Shown here piece by piece: positions 15,944 through 16,120 of a stretch of DNA of 16,120 nucleotides. The translations under genes were made by a program, and so were the position numbers. The stretch's first letter is position 1, and each line of letters opens with the position of its first letter. Origin of the DNA: Candidatus Methylomirabilia bacterium (GTDB lineage: Bacteria > Methylomirabilota > Methylomirabilia > Rokubacteriales > CSP1-6); assembly GCA_046758965.1 (NCBI GenBank), contig JBHIBG010000061.1:1-16120 (forward strand), in the 5' to 3' direction. The notes under the pieces were generated by a model, which had not been told where the DNA came from, ran no database searches, and worked only from the letters and a program-made list of their open reading frames with translations.

Positions 15944-16097
15944 CTCCCCCTCACCTTTGTCCTCTCCCCCATTGGGCGTCCCATTGCTCCGTTACCTATG
16001 CAAAGGCCAGTAATACGCGCGCATTTGATGCTGATCCGCTGGCGCCCCCTGTCCCTATCCCTCTCCCCGAGGGGAGAGGGTACAGGTGAGGGGGGAG
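15944..16097. repeat. Cluster of CCCTCACC..CCCTCTCCC..GGGAGAGGG (BoxC-like) palindromic intergenic repeats; may act as a terminator
   Basis: CCCTCTCCCC-GA-GGGGAGAGGG (16059-16080). A partial copy CCCCCTCACCTTTGTCCTCTCCCC (15946-15969) is largely complementary to 16071-16094. Confidence 0.7.
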
Positions 16098-16120
16098 CCT
16101 GTCAGCGATCGCTCCACGAG

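Overview
High-GC bacterial chromosomal window, mostly housekeeping genes. The lineage cannot be fixed from the sequence; the gene order loosely suggests Methylomirabilota/Rokubacteria or a deltaproteobacteria-like group. In order: a 5'-truncated Zn-dependent alcohol dehydrogenase; a ~450 bp intergenic stretch packed with miniature inverted-repeat elements and hairpins; comEA-comEC (DNA uptake); a stand-alone, minus-strand, full-length RNA polymerase alpha subunit gene (rpoA) with none of its usual rpsM/rpsK/rpsD/rplQ neighbours; divergently transcribed mltG; argH, an FN3 lipoprotein, lysA, dapA, dapB, dapL, folB and folK; an ECF sigma factor with a ZAS anti-sigma; and a terminal palindromic repeat cluster. 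The most notable item is the orphan rpoA. It has its own promoter candidate and SD and a well-conserved alpha-CTD. Its alpha-NTD keeps the beta-binding residues but has altered the dimer-helix signature and several beta'-contacting motifs. This suggests a specialised second alpha subunit (heterodimeric or alternative RNAP, or a regulator), sitting tail-to-tail with the competence genes. All residue comparisons are by-eye alignments to E. coli alpha from memory, not computed.
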